62,069 bases of DNA, filler included, from Choristocarpus tenellus KU-1152 (GCA_964200185.2; 9 parts of 9 records of this genome joined end to end with filler, not necessarily neighbours in it); one strand, 5' to 3'; numbered from the whole stretch's first letter, positions 39,768-53,607 are shown. Program-made: numbers and translations. Notes: a model not told the origin generated them from the sequence alone.

Positions 39768-42700
39768 CGGCGTCCGTTTTTCACCCTTTTTTCGATTTTC
39801 ATTTTTTTGGTGTGATTTGGTCGCACGTGTCGGGTTTGAAATGTCAGCAAAAAAAAGGTTGTTTGACCGAAACGGACGCCCCCTCATAAACCACCCCCCC
39901 CCCAGATAATTTTGAGTCACAGAGTTTGGGTTTTAGACAGGATTAGGATAGTATTGTCTGAAAATTCTTTGATACTCTAACATGTACCTTGGGAGGGATC
40001 TTCTCGGGCGGGTTACTTGTTGTACTGATGTTGTTCGGCAATGTTGTTCATCTTTCGTAAATTCGCTTTTCTTGCACATTTAGCTAAAGCATTGTAGGTA
40101 ATATACTATGTTAATATTTTTGTTTGAAAACATGGTACTACGTAGTATTATATGAGATTCTTCTTTGATACTGTCGCTGCTGCTCTTCCCCTTTCCTTCT
40201 CCATTCTTCTACACGTTCCTTCTTCCACTCTTGTACATTATTTTCTCGCCAAGACGCTGTAAGTGACACTGATATCCACTTTTGTCGTTCTTATAAGTGC
40301 TTGATCGGATTGTGGTTCTCATCATGCGCCTGTAGTGAGTGGTGGTGGTAGTAGTTGCCATTAACAGAAAGTAGTAGTGGTGATAGTACTTAATATCATC
40401 GTACAACAATTACATATCATGACAGCAATACTAGTGGTGGTGTCAGTAGCGATGGCCACTACCACAGCAAGCAGTATTGCTGGTATTTGTTTGCTTGTAT
40501 ATGGTTGTATCATCCTGGTAGCAGTTCCTACCATTGCACTGATGCCGGTAGTATGCCTACCATCACATCAGCTAGTCTCCTGTCAGTAGGTTTTGAAGAA
40601 CTCTAAGCCATAATCATTTTCATTTCCCTCCTAACCCTAACCCTTCCTGTTGCTGCTGGGTCCATATCCTTTGACGGTTGTTGTAAATTGGTAGGTACCA
40701 AACGCTACATCAATGAGAAGGATCTGCGGTGGTTCGTACTCTCATGCATATCGAGCTGACAGTGTGGCGCAGTTCGTGTGTGGGGTTGAACGTCCGTTGG
40801 GGGTTCCGCTTAACAGGTTTAATGTATGTCTACCCAAGCCAATGTACCCAAGCCCCAAAGACGGCATTTATGCATTCCACACTCTGTTGGTGGCTCTCAA
40901 CAAGGACAAGGCGAAGAATACTATCGATACTTCTTCAACCTTACATCGAACATTTCCTTGTGCCTTGTCACCTCTCATCTTCGTGTTCAGTCAACAATAA
41001 ATATGATGAACACCCACCTGTTGTAGACACTCACTAACGATGAAGCATATCCCGTACATCGAGATTCTTGCGCTTTCTATGCCAATGTGCCTCCGAACAA
41101 TACAAACATGCCAACACAGCTATAGAATCTGCGTTGTGACTAGGCCAATGCAATAATTGGCTGGATTGTGAATTGCGTCATTCCTAATGTGGATACTTTT
41201 CGCATATAAAATTTCAAGCTCCAACAACTCCACATTGAGAGCACGAATTGCTTGGGGATTGAGAACGAGCGTGGCAGGTGGAAAGCACAATGAAACAACA
41301 CTCACTGCCCCACTCTCCTAGTATGGGAAATTGAGAACAGGACATTAAAACAAAGCGCGTACCACAGGGTGGAGGTGCAGGGAGTTGCAAACATGATGGG
41401 ACGATAGTGGATGCACCAAAGGACGCACTATCACCTTGCCATACGTACAAGCGCAACCTGGAGACCAGTGGTGGGGATGTTTCCTACGGGTCATAGGAAG
41501 GAATTCTGGTCACTTCAACTTACTAGAGTCAAAGTAAGAGGTTCAGGGTACAACAGTTAATGGTGCAGAAATTATTGGAATGATGGCGTTGGATTTTTGG
41601 CAATTCTTCACGTTGCAGAGAGGTTGCGCGCGCGCGCGTGTTGTTGTTGTTGTTATGTGTTGTATGTCAGACCTTCAAAATTTGCACAGGCGTGGTGTTT
41701 TGTCATGCATTTAGAAATGAACATTTCAATGTTTGCATATTTGCTATGTATTTATGTACATCTGAGTATGGTATGTAGGGCCACTACTGCTTTCTGTGTA
41801 GTTTGTACATGCTATTCGCATGATATCATCTGCAGAAGGTATGCAATGTATTATTAATAGTATGTGGTGAGTGTTTCTTGTCTCATGCATCGAACATAGA
41901 TACTACTTACTAATATTTCTACTACACAACCACTTCTGTACACATCCATTCATTCATTCGTATTGTGAGAAACATGGTGATGATGTACAGAAAGCACTAA
42001 TGATGAGTGTTTCTTGTGGTGAATGCTGGTCTTGGGGCTAACGCCTCCTCTTCTCACATTCCTCCAACACCACTCCGCAACCAAATCACCCAAAAATCGC
42101 GACGTGAAAAAATTGACCCCAAATGGACAGCCGCCATCCCCTCCCAGATACTTTGAGCCCGAAGAAGAAAAGATGGGGAGGATAAACGAAAGGAGGTTAA
42201 ACGTTGGATGACCTGAAGAGCAGACTTGGTAATCGGGTAGGAATATGAAAGGGGTGGTAGTGGGGGAGAGGGGCTAAGGATGAGTAGGTAGAAAGAATGG
42301 TCAAGGTCAAAGGTTTGGGGAAGGACGAAGTGGACAGGACCAAGGCAACTTCTGATACATTTTTGCAACCCACCCACCCTCACTTTGCACATAATTGAGT
42401 GTGGGATGTTGAGGGGTGGGTGGGAGGTCAAGATCGTGTGGGATAGATGCTTTCTACTTCAAAGGCAAGGTATGGGAGAGGATGGGGGTGGAGAATTTTG
42501 GGAGGATTTGTATGGGAGTGGATTTGTGAAAATTGGTCGCACTGGTGTGGAGGCGGATACCATACCTGGGAATTAGCCACACTGGTTTAAAATTGGATAC
42601 TACTATTTGTCGGAATTGACCGCACTGATTTGTGAGTAGATACTATACGCAGAACTTGTCCACATAGATGGTGTGCTAATAAGGGTATGCTGTCATGGTG

Positions 42701-43828
42701 CTGTGATAGTGATGTGGTATAGATGAGGTGATGGTGTGACGTCAGTTTGAGACCCACAGTATCTGGGAGGNNNNNNNNNNNNNNNNNNNNNNNNNNNNNN
42801 NNNNNNNNNNNNNNTTAATTAATTAANNNNNNNNNNNNNNNNNNNNNNNNNNNNNNNNNNNNNNNNNNNNTTTTTAAAGAGGAGGCGGCAATACGGGTTT
42901 GTGGGGTGATTGGGGTTCAGACGTTTGCTTTTCCGTTTTGCCCCCCCCCCCCCCCCAGATACTTTGACCCTAAGTGTTAATGATTCAATTCTTGCTTTGA
43001 AAGATGCTGCAAGTTCTGTACCTCAAAAGTCAGTAGTTCTGCACTACCAAGGTATGCAAAAGAGTTCATGCTGTTTGATACTTTTTTTCTCATGACTATT
43101 TTTTGTCTGCGTAACGCCTTCCATGTTTAAGGTTGGCTTGGATTTTTGTTACGGATGTTAGGGTGGTGTGTATTGAATGTCACCGTTCTATTGGCTCTGT
43201 GTGAGTCGAAGTGGCATTAGATTGGTGCATTTACAGGTCTGATTGCACTGGCTCTTTTTTCCTTCTTGGGCCTTCTGTTCCCGTCTCTGGTGTGGCATGG
43301 CCTCTTGGATATTTTTTTAACCTATTGGGATCCATTTTTTGTATTTTATTACTATTGCTATTTTTTGAATGGCCCTTTTTTTTTTTCTCTCGAATGATTT
43401 TTTTTAACCTATTATTATTTTTATTATTTTGAATATTTCTACCGAATAGCCCAGTGGGTTTCTCGTGTTATTTTTATTACTATTTTTATTTTTTCACGTC
43501 TCTTGATTTTTTTATTTTTAACCCATTGTTTGGGATCGTGTCTTTTTTTTTTTTAACATTTCTGTTTATTTTTTATTCTTTTGAGGTCCGGGAGCGTTTA
43601 TGGGATTTCTTGGTACAACAACATGTGCTGGAAGGGAAGAAGGGCTTGGAGGTGACCAACCCTTGCTCTTTTGTGCACCACATTGAAGTTTGGAAGGTAG
43701 GCAAGGCCTACTACAGGTCGCTTTTGAGCAGGCCCATCTGTGTATGATCTTGTTTGTCGCCCCGTTCCCCCTTCTCCTGCTGCAAAGATGTGGTTAAAAT
43801 GTAAGTTTCTTTTTCGTATTTTATTTAG

Positions 43829-43978
43829 TGCAGTGGTGTTAATGGTGTTAATAGTGTTAATAGTGTAGGAGTGGGTTTTGGTGTACTCAAGTTGAGTTTC
43901 TTTTTTATTTTGTTTAGAGCAGTGGTGTTAATGGTGTTAATCGTGTAGGAGTGGGTTTTGGTGTACTCAAGTTGAGTT
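43829..43978. repeat. Local direct duplication (~60-70 bp)
   Basis: GCAGTGGTGTTAATGGTGTTAAT...GTGTAGGAGTGGGTTTTGGTGTACTCAAGTTGAGTT occurs twice. Confidence 0.8.
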
Positions 43979-44276
43979 AAGTTTTTTATTTTGAGTTTTT
44001 GAGTTTTTGATACAAAAATATGTGGATCACTTTTTATTTTCAATGGTTTTTGTTTGAGTGAAGTCTGTCTTGTTGGTGGTGTGAATGTGTAGTGGTGTCA
44101 CTTCTCTCAAGTTTTGTTAGACCCGCATTGAGCTGGCTCTATTTTCTGAACTCGTAAATGTTGTACACGTGGTTGAGAGGTCTCTCCTACGGGAGGTTTT
44201 GAAGTGAGGCGATAAAACTAACCGTGTTTATTTTCCGTTTTATTATCCTTTTGTTACAGTGGATGAAATCTATGTA

Positions 44277-44640
44277 ATGTGATAGCAATGATAAAACTAA
44301 TTGTTCTGTGTGATGGTAGTGATAAAACTAGGTATTTAATGTGATAGTAGTGATAAAACTCATTGTTTTGTGTGATAGTAGTGATAAAACCAGTTACTTA
44401 ATGTGAGGGTAGTGATAAAACTCATTGTTTTGTGTGATAGTAGTGATAAAACTAGTTATTTAATGTGAGGGTAGTGATAAAACTCATTGTTTTGTATGAT
44501 AGTAGTGATAAAACTAGTTATTTAATGAGATAGTAATTGTTTTGTGTGATAATAGGGATAAAACTAGTTATTTAATGTGATAGTAGGGATAAAACTGATT
44601 GTTTTATGTGATGGTAGGGATAAAACTAGTTATTTAATGT
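44277..44640. repeat. Minisatellite, ~31-bp monomers alternating as a ~62-bp dimer
   Basis: GTGATAGTAGTGATAAAACT followed alternately by CATTGTTTTGT and AGTTATTTAAT; about 11-12 monomers. Confidence 0.9.
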
Positions 44641-46559
44641 TGAAGGTATCGTTGAAATGCAAAGAGGTGTGCGCATAGGTGTAGGTGCTGTGAGACACAT
44701 GGATATGTGTGTGTTCACACTCCTCGAAGGCGATGTGTGAATGTTTCAAACAGAATGATGCTATGTTTTTTGTGTTTTGTTTTATTTTTTTTTTTAATGT
44801 CTGGGTGTTTTTTTTTTATGTTTGAGTTGGAAGGGAAGAGGGGACTGCAAGACTGTGATCAGTCAACAGGTCAGTTAGCCAGGCTCAGCGGACTGTTTTT
44901 TGGGGTTTCTTATCCATTCCTCCTGCGTATTTGTGTACAACTAGTACAGAATGAAATGTTCTCACCTCTTTGCTACTTGCTACTCTAAACGAACCTTACT
45001 CTAGCCCTAACCCTAACCCTAACCCCAACCCTCTGCTGAATTTGAGAGGGGCAACGGAGTCGAGAGGAGTGTGGGTTGTTGATCTTTCGTATTATGGTTT
45101 GATTTGATATGAAAGAAGTTTATTATTATTATTATTATTTATGTTCCGGTAAGTAGTAGTAGTGTATTGCTGGCTTGAATCGAAACCTTTTTTTCTTTTG
45201 GAGTTATTTATTTTTAATGGTACTCTGATTAATTGGAAGGCGTGTGTGGATGTTGTATGGAGGATGGAGCGATACGATTTATTGAAGGGTGTTGGTGTAA
45301 CATGCCTGAAGGATGAGTCAAAGTCAAATAGAGGTAAACTGAAGAACTCTTGTCTTTGGTTTTGGATGTCAGTAATAAAAAAATGTTATTTTGTTTTGTT
45401 TTGTTTTGTTTTAAATTTGATTTATGTATATGGCTCACGAAGGTACTACCCTTGTATTTGCAATTAAACACTTTGAATAAAAATAATTATAAAATATATA
45501 TATATATATATTTGTTATATTACAGGAACATCATCTCATGGGTACGGGCGATCATTGGTTATGTGAGGAGGTAGTCAAGGGGGTCCTTTGGGCAGAAGCA
45601 GCAGAAGATTGTGGGGCAGAGAAGGGAGAGCCTTGCGGGTGAGTTGGGCAGGGGGGAAGGGGGGGCTGTTGGGGGACGGATGACCAAAAACCCCAAAGAA
45701 ATCCTGAAATATTTTTTTTGTTTTTTGATATCTTTAAAATAAGAAAAATAAACAAAAAGGTTGAAGATTAGAACCGTCGTAGGCGTGTTAAGTTTTTTCC
45801 GGTAGTACATAAAATATTAAAAAAAAACTCAGGATACGTAACTGTATCGGTTTGTTGCACAGTTTTTTCCTCAGTTTTTTCCTGAATTAAATGTTCTAGA
45901 AATACACAGGACTGATGTGGAATGATGGATGGATTAAGGATTATAATAAGATATCTTCAACGTTTAACTATTAAACTACTAAGCATGAAATCGGGTTTTT
46001 TTGTTCTATAGCAGAATTGTTCCAAGAGTGTTCTAAGAGTTAAGGCGCAGTTCTCACGTGGACACTTGACTAGCAACTTGACTCTATTGCCCATGACCTT
46101 GATGTCTCCCTGAATTGTTTACTCCAGAGTAATATTTGATGCTGCAAAGTCGAGGGTTTGAAAACTGACTCTATTTTTTAAAATTTCTCATGTATTAACT
46201 CTTGCAGAAACCCGCCTCAACAACGCCTTCCATCTCTTGTCAAGAGTAAACTGGTTGTCTTTGAATTCCACCTGTTTTCCTCTCATCTTTTTTTTTAACC
46301 CCCCCCCAACCAAAATCAAACCTATTTTTCACCCGCAAAAAACGGGACACGCACGNNNNNNNNNNNNNNNNNNNNNNNNNNNNNNNNNNNNNNNNNNNNT
46401 TAATTAATTAANNNNNNNNNNNNNNNNNNNNNNNNNNNNNNNNNNNNNNNNNNNNCCCCCCAGTTACTTTGACCCGTGTATCGTCTCCCATACATCGCAT
46501 ATGCATGCTACTCCCTCTGTCCCATATTTCTGGGCCCTTAAGGTGCCTTCTCAATATAT

Positions 46560-47143
46560 TTTTCAAGGATGAGATTCAGAAATAAAAAATAATATCGTTC
46601 GAAACCAAACAACTTCGACTTGGACAGAGATACCTTCAACATATTTTTTATTTCCAAATGGTTGAGAAATCGCCCCTCGAAAACAAACGCTTTTTTTCGA
46701 AGATGGCAGATTTAGGAAAACAGCAAAACTGACCAAAAATGACTGGAAATGATGGTTAATCGGCCATAACGTCTCAGCGAGACCTCTAATAAAGACGTGG
46801 TTAGTTGCGTTTGATTCCTTGGTGGTTTTTGCAATAAGTACTAACTCGTCACTCTCATTCTCTGCCTCAATCCATCAAGTTGTGGCCGCGTTGTACGCGT
46901 CTCTGTCCGCGGGGACCAAGTAATCCAGAACGCCCTTAGGAGAAAATGAGAGTGACGAGTACTTAATTTAATGCAAAACCGTCAAGGATTCCAATGCCAC
47001 TAACGGCGTCTTCTTGGATTGGGAAGTCTCGTTGAGTCGATCAACATTCATTTCCAGTCACTTTTTGCTGGTTTTGCTGGTTTTCATAAATCTTCTATTT
47101 CCGAAAAAAAACCGCTTGTGTTCAGGGGGCGATTTCTCAACCA
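46560..47143. mobile_element. Long-TIR foldback element (~200-bp inverted arms)
   Basis: 46659-46863 is the diverged reverse complement of 46941-47143; a left-arm homologue lies at ~56863-57205. Confidence 0.75.
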
Positions 47144-47997
47144 GAAAGCATCGATTACCAGTCTTCTTTTTCGTAGCGAGTGTTGGTCCTGGACCTCACG
47201 CCTCTCCTCCTCTCTCATTCCTCCATCACCACCCTAACCATTCTTTGTCCTCATCGTTATTATTATTGTACTCGAGTACGTTTTTGTTGTTACTGTTGTA
47301 AACCGTACTCGAAGTAGTAGTAGTAGTAGTGGTAGACTACTACTTTGTAAAACGTTTTTACAATTCTTTGTGGACAAAGAGACAGACGGCATAGAGAACC
47401 ACACACCAAAACTAGTAAATGAAAAGATTTTCCCAACTAAGGAGTGGGCAGAAAGTAGGTGGTATGTGTGCGCCACGCACAGCGAAATACATTTGCACGC
47501 AAATGAGCATCGTCACAGAGTGAAACGGGCCACAAGGACAACATGGTTCCTTCCATCGGCCTTCAAATGCCAACAGAGTTCGCTCACATGCACAACATGT
47601 CACCAGAGTGGACCTCATTTCAACAAAGCTCTCCACCAGCGATGAACTACACCATGCAATAGAAAATTCCATTTTTTTCCCCTCCAACAAAGTGAGCAGC
47701 TTGATATTGTAGTTAGTTCATTCGATCAAGTTGAAGATGAGTTCCATAAACGAAGTTGTAGGTGTGGTTCGCAATCCTGGTATGTCTGATGATGAAGGGT
47801 AGTAGATGAAGTAGGTTCCTATCCCAACAGAGGGCTCCCTCTCTAATTTCTTCAAGTAAATTGGTTTGTACCACAAGAAATAAGAAAAGGTACCAAATAG
47901 TATTGTCGTTGTAGGGTGCAGAGACTTATTGTATCCAGAAAACATTTTAGTGAGTAGGCATAACCATCTGTCTCAGAATCTATTTTACTAGGTGCTA

Positions 47998-48175
47998 GGC
48001 TCAAAGTATCTGGGAGGGGGTGGCGGCTGTCCAATTGGGGGCAATTTTTTCATGTCTCGATAATTGGGTGATTTGGTTCCTTACGTTTGATGGATAATGA
48101 AAGTGCACTTTTCCTGGTTTGGTCCAAATGGACACTCTGGTGTAGATCCCCCCCCCCCCCCAGATACTTTGGGTC
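47998..48175. mobile_element. MITE family A, complete copy
   Basis: TIRs GGCTCAAAGTATCTGGGAGGGG / CCCCCCAGATACTTTGGGTC. Partial or related ends at ~18868, 25083, 27756, 39544, 39898, 42140, 42751, 42950 and 46456. Confidence 0.8.
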
Positions 48176-51100
48176 ACTATTTTCTAGAACGACTGTAATG
48201 ATCTATACACTCGCTACTACAAAGTTGTCTCACTAATGAACGTATGAAGTCGTGTTTATCAAATAGATTGTATCAACTACCAAAGATAGATATCAGGTAA
48301 TGGATCTGTGGTTGAAATTTTCAACTGCTCGGTATAGAGAGAAGGACTTTTTGCTAGACCTTTACTGGTTGGGACACGTTCCGATAAATATATGGAAACC
48401 CCTATACTTATCCTGCATCCAGATATGATGCTATCCACTCCACCACCACCAATCCACCAATCCACACCAACATCAGATACCAAGATGAGGAACCCAACTG
48501 TAACCTTGGAACCTTTACGGCTCCAGGTTACGAGGGGGCAATGGCTCAACAGTAGTAATTTGTAATGCAAAATATATATGCTACTTATAATTTCCTGACA
48601 TCATCGTTAGTGCATAGAAAAGGACGATATCATCCTTTCCCATACCCTTGGTAGCGGGCAGTCAAAGTTCGAAGTATTATGATAGTCGTCACCTGAAATA
48701 TTTACCCTCTAATGTTCTACTGCATCAAACACCTCCACGTTGTGACCTTGAATAGACTCTTTGCCTGGAACATACCAAAACGTACAGGCACAGATGCCCA
48801 CAAGTTCGGGGGGGTTGAGTCTATTCCCCATGAAACATCGCCAGCATGCAGCCTTTGTAGGACCACTGATGGGCAACTCTCCCCACCATTCTAGCAACGC
48901 AACAAGGGTCTGATGGAGAGGTTTTCTCGCAAGTCATCTGTATGAATCCCATAGTTCGGGCCCTGGGATCATCCATCCACACCTTAGAAGACATGGTGGG
49001 AAATATTAGCCAAGGCTGGGGAGCCTGTGGCGGACAATAACCCCTACTCCTCTGTCCCAGAGGTCCACACTCTAGCAACTCAAAATGCCAGGATCACAAG
49101 GAGAGCACAATATGAGATCACCCACCTCCTGAAAAAGATCCAGTTGACAAGTTCCAGATGCAATTGGCCAACCTACCAGACAAAGTAGCACAAGGGAGGG
49201 AAAGTTCTTCGCTAGCCCTGGCTGGCCACCGGAGTCAGCGCGGACAAGGGGGAAATACATGGGCCTCCATACAACCCCTTGAGCTACCATGCTAGATCCC
49301 ATAGAGATTATACTCACTGCCCGCAGATCTCAAGGGAAGGATGAGGCCCTATCCAACAGGTGTTGGAGTATTCCACGCTGGACTTACGGTTAAGATGATC
49401 AATCGTGTGCCTTGGTAGAGAACAATGATTGTTGGTGTGAATGTATAATGCTAATGCTACAAGGGGCTTATGGTCTCAATTCCGTTGACTGAACTCATGG
49501 TGCTTAAAACTTAGGGCACCCATTACAATTCCTATAGTGTAGGGTTTGCAATCATCCACACCAAACGACTATGAATCACTCTCTTGTGTTCAGTATAACA
49601 AGCGTGTCTAGAACATAACACAACTCAGTGGACACTAATGAGTCAATATTATGTTATATCTATCACTGACTCTCCATCCGACTATCTATTCCACCAGTGG
49701 TGTCTATAGTGTATCAGCAGCTCTATCCACGAACAGTGCCAAGTGGCTGGGTGCAGGAGGAATCATGTCGACACCCGACACACTAGTACCTGCCCTAGGG
49801 CAGTGGGACAGGCACACCAGCACGTGACGATGGTTAAGTGTCTAGGTAAACTCTGAAGGGACTGGGCATCCCTTGCACTATGGAGGATGTTAGCCTATTT
49901 GTAGTGGCCCTTAATTTCCGCGTGGATGAAGAGTTCCATACTGGGGCACTTGCGGACGCTGGATGAGCTCCCTATCGGGACAAAGGCCTCCTCCTGGATG
50001 TTGCGTTTTGAGAAGTGCAAGCAGCATCCCCCACCTGCCTCACTCATCCACCAGCAATGGTGTAGCTGCTGCTGCAGCTGAGGCACGAAAGCGCACCGAG
50101 TATGACATTCTGAGGGGTTTTGTAATCCTCCTAGTTTTAACCTCAATGCCTTCGTGGTGGAAGTTTTGGATGCCTCAGTAAGCAAACAGAAAGTTTTCTG
50201 GGTGAGTTGGCTACACACGGAGTAGGGGGGAGAGGGGTGGGAGGTTACAGCAGGAAAGGGGCTGTCAAATCCACTTAAGACAAATAGTGTCTGTCACTAC
50301 ACAAGTGGCTGTCTCAAGACGTGTCATGCGTTCCCAGCTGGAGACACAAGGGAGATGGACCAGGAGGGGTCTGTCAGATTCTTAGGATGCTTCCTTAGCT
50401 CCTCGCACAGTTGTGTAGGGCTGGTTGGAATCGTAGTAGTAGTGTACACATAACATTGAATTACAAGCCTTCAAGGGAGTGTTGTAGTATAGCAGTCACT
50501 CAAAATAGTAAATCGTTTTGGAGAGGTATCTTTTACATTTACGACACCTGTTACTTGTACAAAATTCCTTTGACATTGGTTTTTCCCCCTGCAAAATGCA
50601 GAGGACACAATAATATATCTAAGTGCATGGCGGATAGCTCGCATAGAAAAATCCCATTCTTCACGAGGAATTCTTTGTAACCTTCACCCCTCTCTGATCT
50701 TCTAATTCGTCCTGTGGATAGATACCATTTTTACAAGTAATGCGCATCGTGTCTAGCGTTCTGAATGGTAAAATAATATGTACTGCTATGGGCCTGGTTC
50801 TGTGAGATGGGGGGTGATCAGACCCACCAGAAATGATGTTCAGAAGGAAGTGAGAGATGAGACTGAGGCATGATGGTCGTATGTGACAGCCTCAGATCAA
50901 TCTCCCCTCTGTGAGTGGTTGCAACGTCAGAACAGAAAACACAATCTCGGGCTTGGATGGTTTGATCCATCATTCATGTCAGCGTTTCCGCGAGCCCGTC
51001 GTGCGTCTGACCCACACCACATCATTTTGGTTGGATTCAACAGCAAAAAGTTGGGTGCGCAAATGTGTACGACAGGAGGCATTAACTTCGTAGTGTTGTG

Positions 51101-51440
51101 AAATTCTACGAAAAGGGACCTGTTCGTCACAGTAACAGTATAAAATAGTACACAATAATAGTGAGCAGCGGGAAAAAAATAAGAGGTCGGTCCATAATTG
51201 TGAACGCCTGAAAAAGGTTGGATACCCCTTCCATCCATCTCCAAATTACATCTCCCATACTTGTTTCAGTAGGATACGTACAGAGGGTGCACAAATCAAA
51301 GTCCTAATATAACCCACCGTTAGGTGTAGGACGAAGACGTGACGCAAATCTCAAGAGTGGAGAGACGTAAGAATTGATATCTTCAGACCCAGAGTAGGAG
51401 GACGCGTTTCGCTTGGTCCAACTTCCAAGAATCGACAAAG

Positions 51441-53607
51441 AGTGAGTGAGATGAGTGAGGGCGGTAAGCTTGACGATAGTATCTCCACAACGGAATTGTT
51501 TTTGGCTAACAAACTCTCTGCCACTATTGACTCTAACCACTACTCCGCTTGCTGCCTCGCTGTCGCCATATTGTCATCTACGTTCCAGTGGCGGACACAA
51601 TGCGTTTCTGCAGGGAATGGTGAGCATTTGACTGCCCGAGTTGAATACTTGTGGCAACCATTTTTATCATTGGGTTGAATAGCTGAGATGTAGTATCACA
51701 CTGTGGTGCAAATTGTGAGTCCAAGCCTGTATGGAAGGACGGTGTTGACTGCTTTGTTGCTTCATTGATGATGGCGAAGGTACCTCATCCTTCGGTCAAT
51801 CTCCCCCCTCAATCTCCCCCCTCATCATCTTGCCCATATTCCAGTAACAACATACTCTACCCAAAAGAAAACAAGGCGCAACACAAACTGATGTATGCGT
51901 GCAGCCGTTGCACTTACGTGGAGGAAGTTGACCAGGGGGCTTGCGTGTACCGCAACAATCTCATCACTACGGCAGGGTGAGTTATGGTCTATCTTTGTTC
52001 TGTTGGTGACGATTGTCGATCTCAACAGCAATATAGATTAATTTCGATTGATACTTAGAATGAACCACGTGATGTGTATTCCCAACAGGATCATAGAGGT
52101 ACGATCCATTTGTTCCAAGATAGTCCAAATACGAGGGCTTACGTGTCTCCTTGTGCTTAAGAGAAGCACGGTATTATTTGCAATGAGATGGGAATTGCTA
52201 CCCTTTTGTAACTGCTATTGTATGTATATCTCTATGTATATAATGAATGGTAATCTACTGCTGTAAGTCCCTGTGAAGATGCTGAGTGCACATTGCATTT
52301 GTGGGTTGCTTCGATTTGAGATCAATCTTTTTCTTGGTACCAGCACTGTTTTTTTACTATATATATACCATGTGCCAGTTTATTCAGTGCTGAAATGCAG
52401 ACGGCCTTAGAATGATTAGGTCATTGATGAGATGATGTGCAGTTGGTTGACGTTGCCCCATTGAGACTCCCATTCCATCGTGTTGATAAGAGGGCTTCAA
52501 GAATACCGTAAATATTCTCACCGAGAGTGTGGCATTACTTGCAAAGACAAATGTCCATGGTATTCAAATAGAGGCACGGTAAGCCTTTTACCACTACTCA
52601 GGTCATCATAGTGACAATCGCTATTCGCACAAGATGGTTTTGTTTTACGGACTAGTTAGCCTCACACGTCTGAAGATATAGGCTATACACCTCTGTAGGT
52701 GCACCTGTCAGTTACTGCATGCCATTCTCGAGCATGTTGCACCCGCTAGAGGTCATGCGCAGGCATGTATATCAATAGCCATAGCACAATGTGTATGTAC
52801 AAAGCATGTGCATTGCTCCCCGTGTTCACGATTTGTGCCCCGTCTTATTGTTCCCCTGCACTCCTCTGCAGCAATAAGCTGGACATTGTTCAGGCAGATG
52901 TGATTGACGATCCAACGCTCCAACGGAGTAAGAGTGCCATCTGTGAAAAATGCAACTACAATGAGGCTGTGTTTTTTCAAGCCGACGAGGTGAGTTTTTG
53001 CTTGGTTTTACAGAGGAAAATGACTAGGAAAATGACTAAGCGTGAGCGTGTAGAATCGGTTGTTGAAAGATGGGGAGGAGAAACCAAGGAAGGCGTGTTG
53101 CTCATTGTAGATACCTTGGCACCATCGTCTTCTGCCCCGCATGGTGTGATGGTGCTGGTTCATGAAGTCGCTATTGGTCATGTCAATATTTTTGTCTGAT
53201 TGAGTAGGCGTTTTTGTGTTTGCTGTCACTTGCGGATTGTGCTGAAGGGGTGTCAACCAAATGAATCAAACCAGGTCTGATGAGAGTCCAAATTATCGGT
53301 GGTCTTTTCCTGGGTGTTGTTATTACTTTTGTTGCATTTTTTGTATCGTACGATAACCAACTCTTGGATAATAAAATGTACAGCAATTGCATTCATGGCG
53401 TTATCCTGTGAGGTCTACAACTTCAAGTTGAAGTTGTGTATGTGTTTGTTGCCCCCGATACCCTCTTAAGCATGCTGTTACATCCCCTTAAACATGTTGT
53501 TGCTTCCTACTTTACCTTTGCTTGTCACACAGGGAGCCAAGTCACAGAGCCTTTCCCTGATCTTTGTGTGCACTAATAGGAGCTGTGGGCATAAATGGGT
53601 CAGCTGA
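51441..53607 (+). CDS. RPB9: DNA-directed RNA polymerase II subunit RPB9, complete (118 aa)
   Basis: Exons 51441 (A), 51589-51619, 51845-51976, 52872-52989 and 53533-53607 splice to MADTMRFCRECNNILYPKENKAQHKLMYACSRCTYVEEVDQGACVYRNNLITTAGNKLDIVQADVIDDPTLQRSKSAICEKCNYNEAVFFQADEGAKSQSLSLIFVCTNRSCGHKWVS*. Two Zn ribbons plus DPTL and EAVFFQ motifs; all introns GT-AG. Alternative start at ATG 51600. Confidence 0.95.

Noticed and set aside
40695-41000. Exon-like segment (…PKPMYPSPKDGIYAFHTLLVALNKDK)
   Set aside because: Isolated, with no convincing donor or partner exon, and the best frame is ambiguous.
44277-44640. CRISPR-like repeat-spacer appearance
   Set aside because: The spacers are 11 nt and repeat alternately, there are no cas genes, and the context is eukaryotic.
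8362-46455. Recurrent palindrome TTAATTAATTAA between N runs
   Set aside because: Identical 44+12+44 layout eight times marks an artificial linker. Adjacency across these points carries no biological meaning.
48700-50220. GC-richer coding-like patches upstream of RPB9
   Set aside because: No consistent frame, splice chain or motif could be established.
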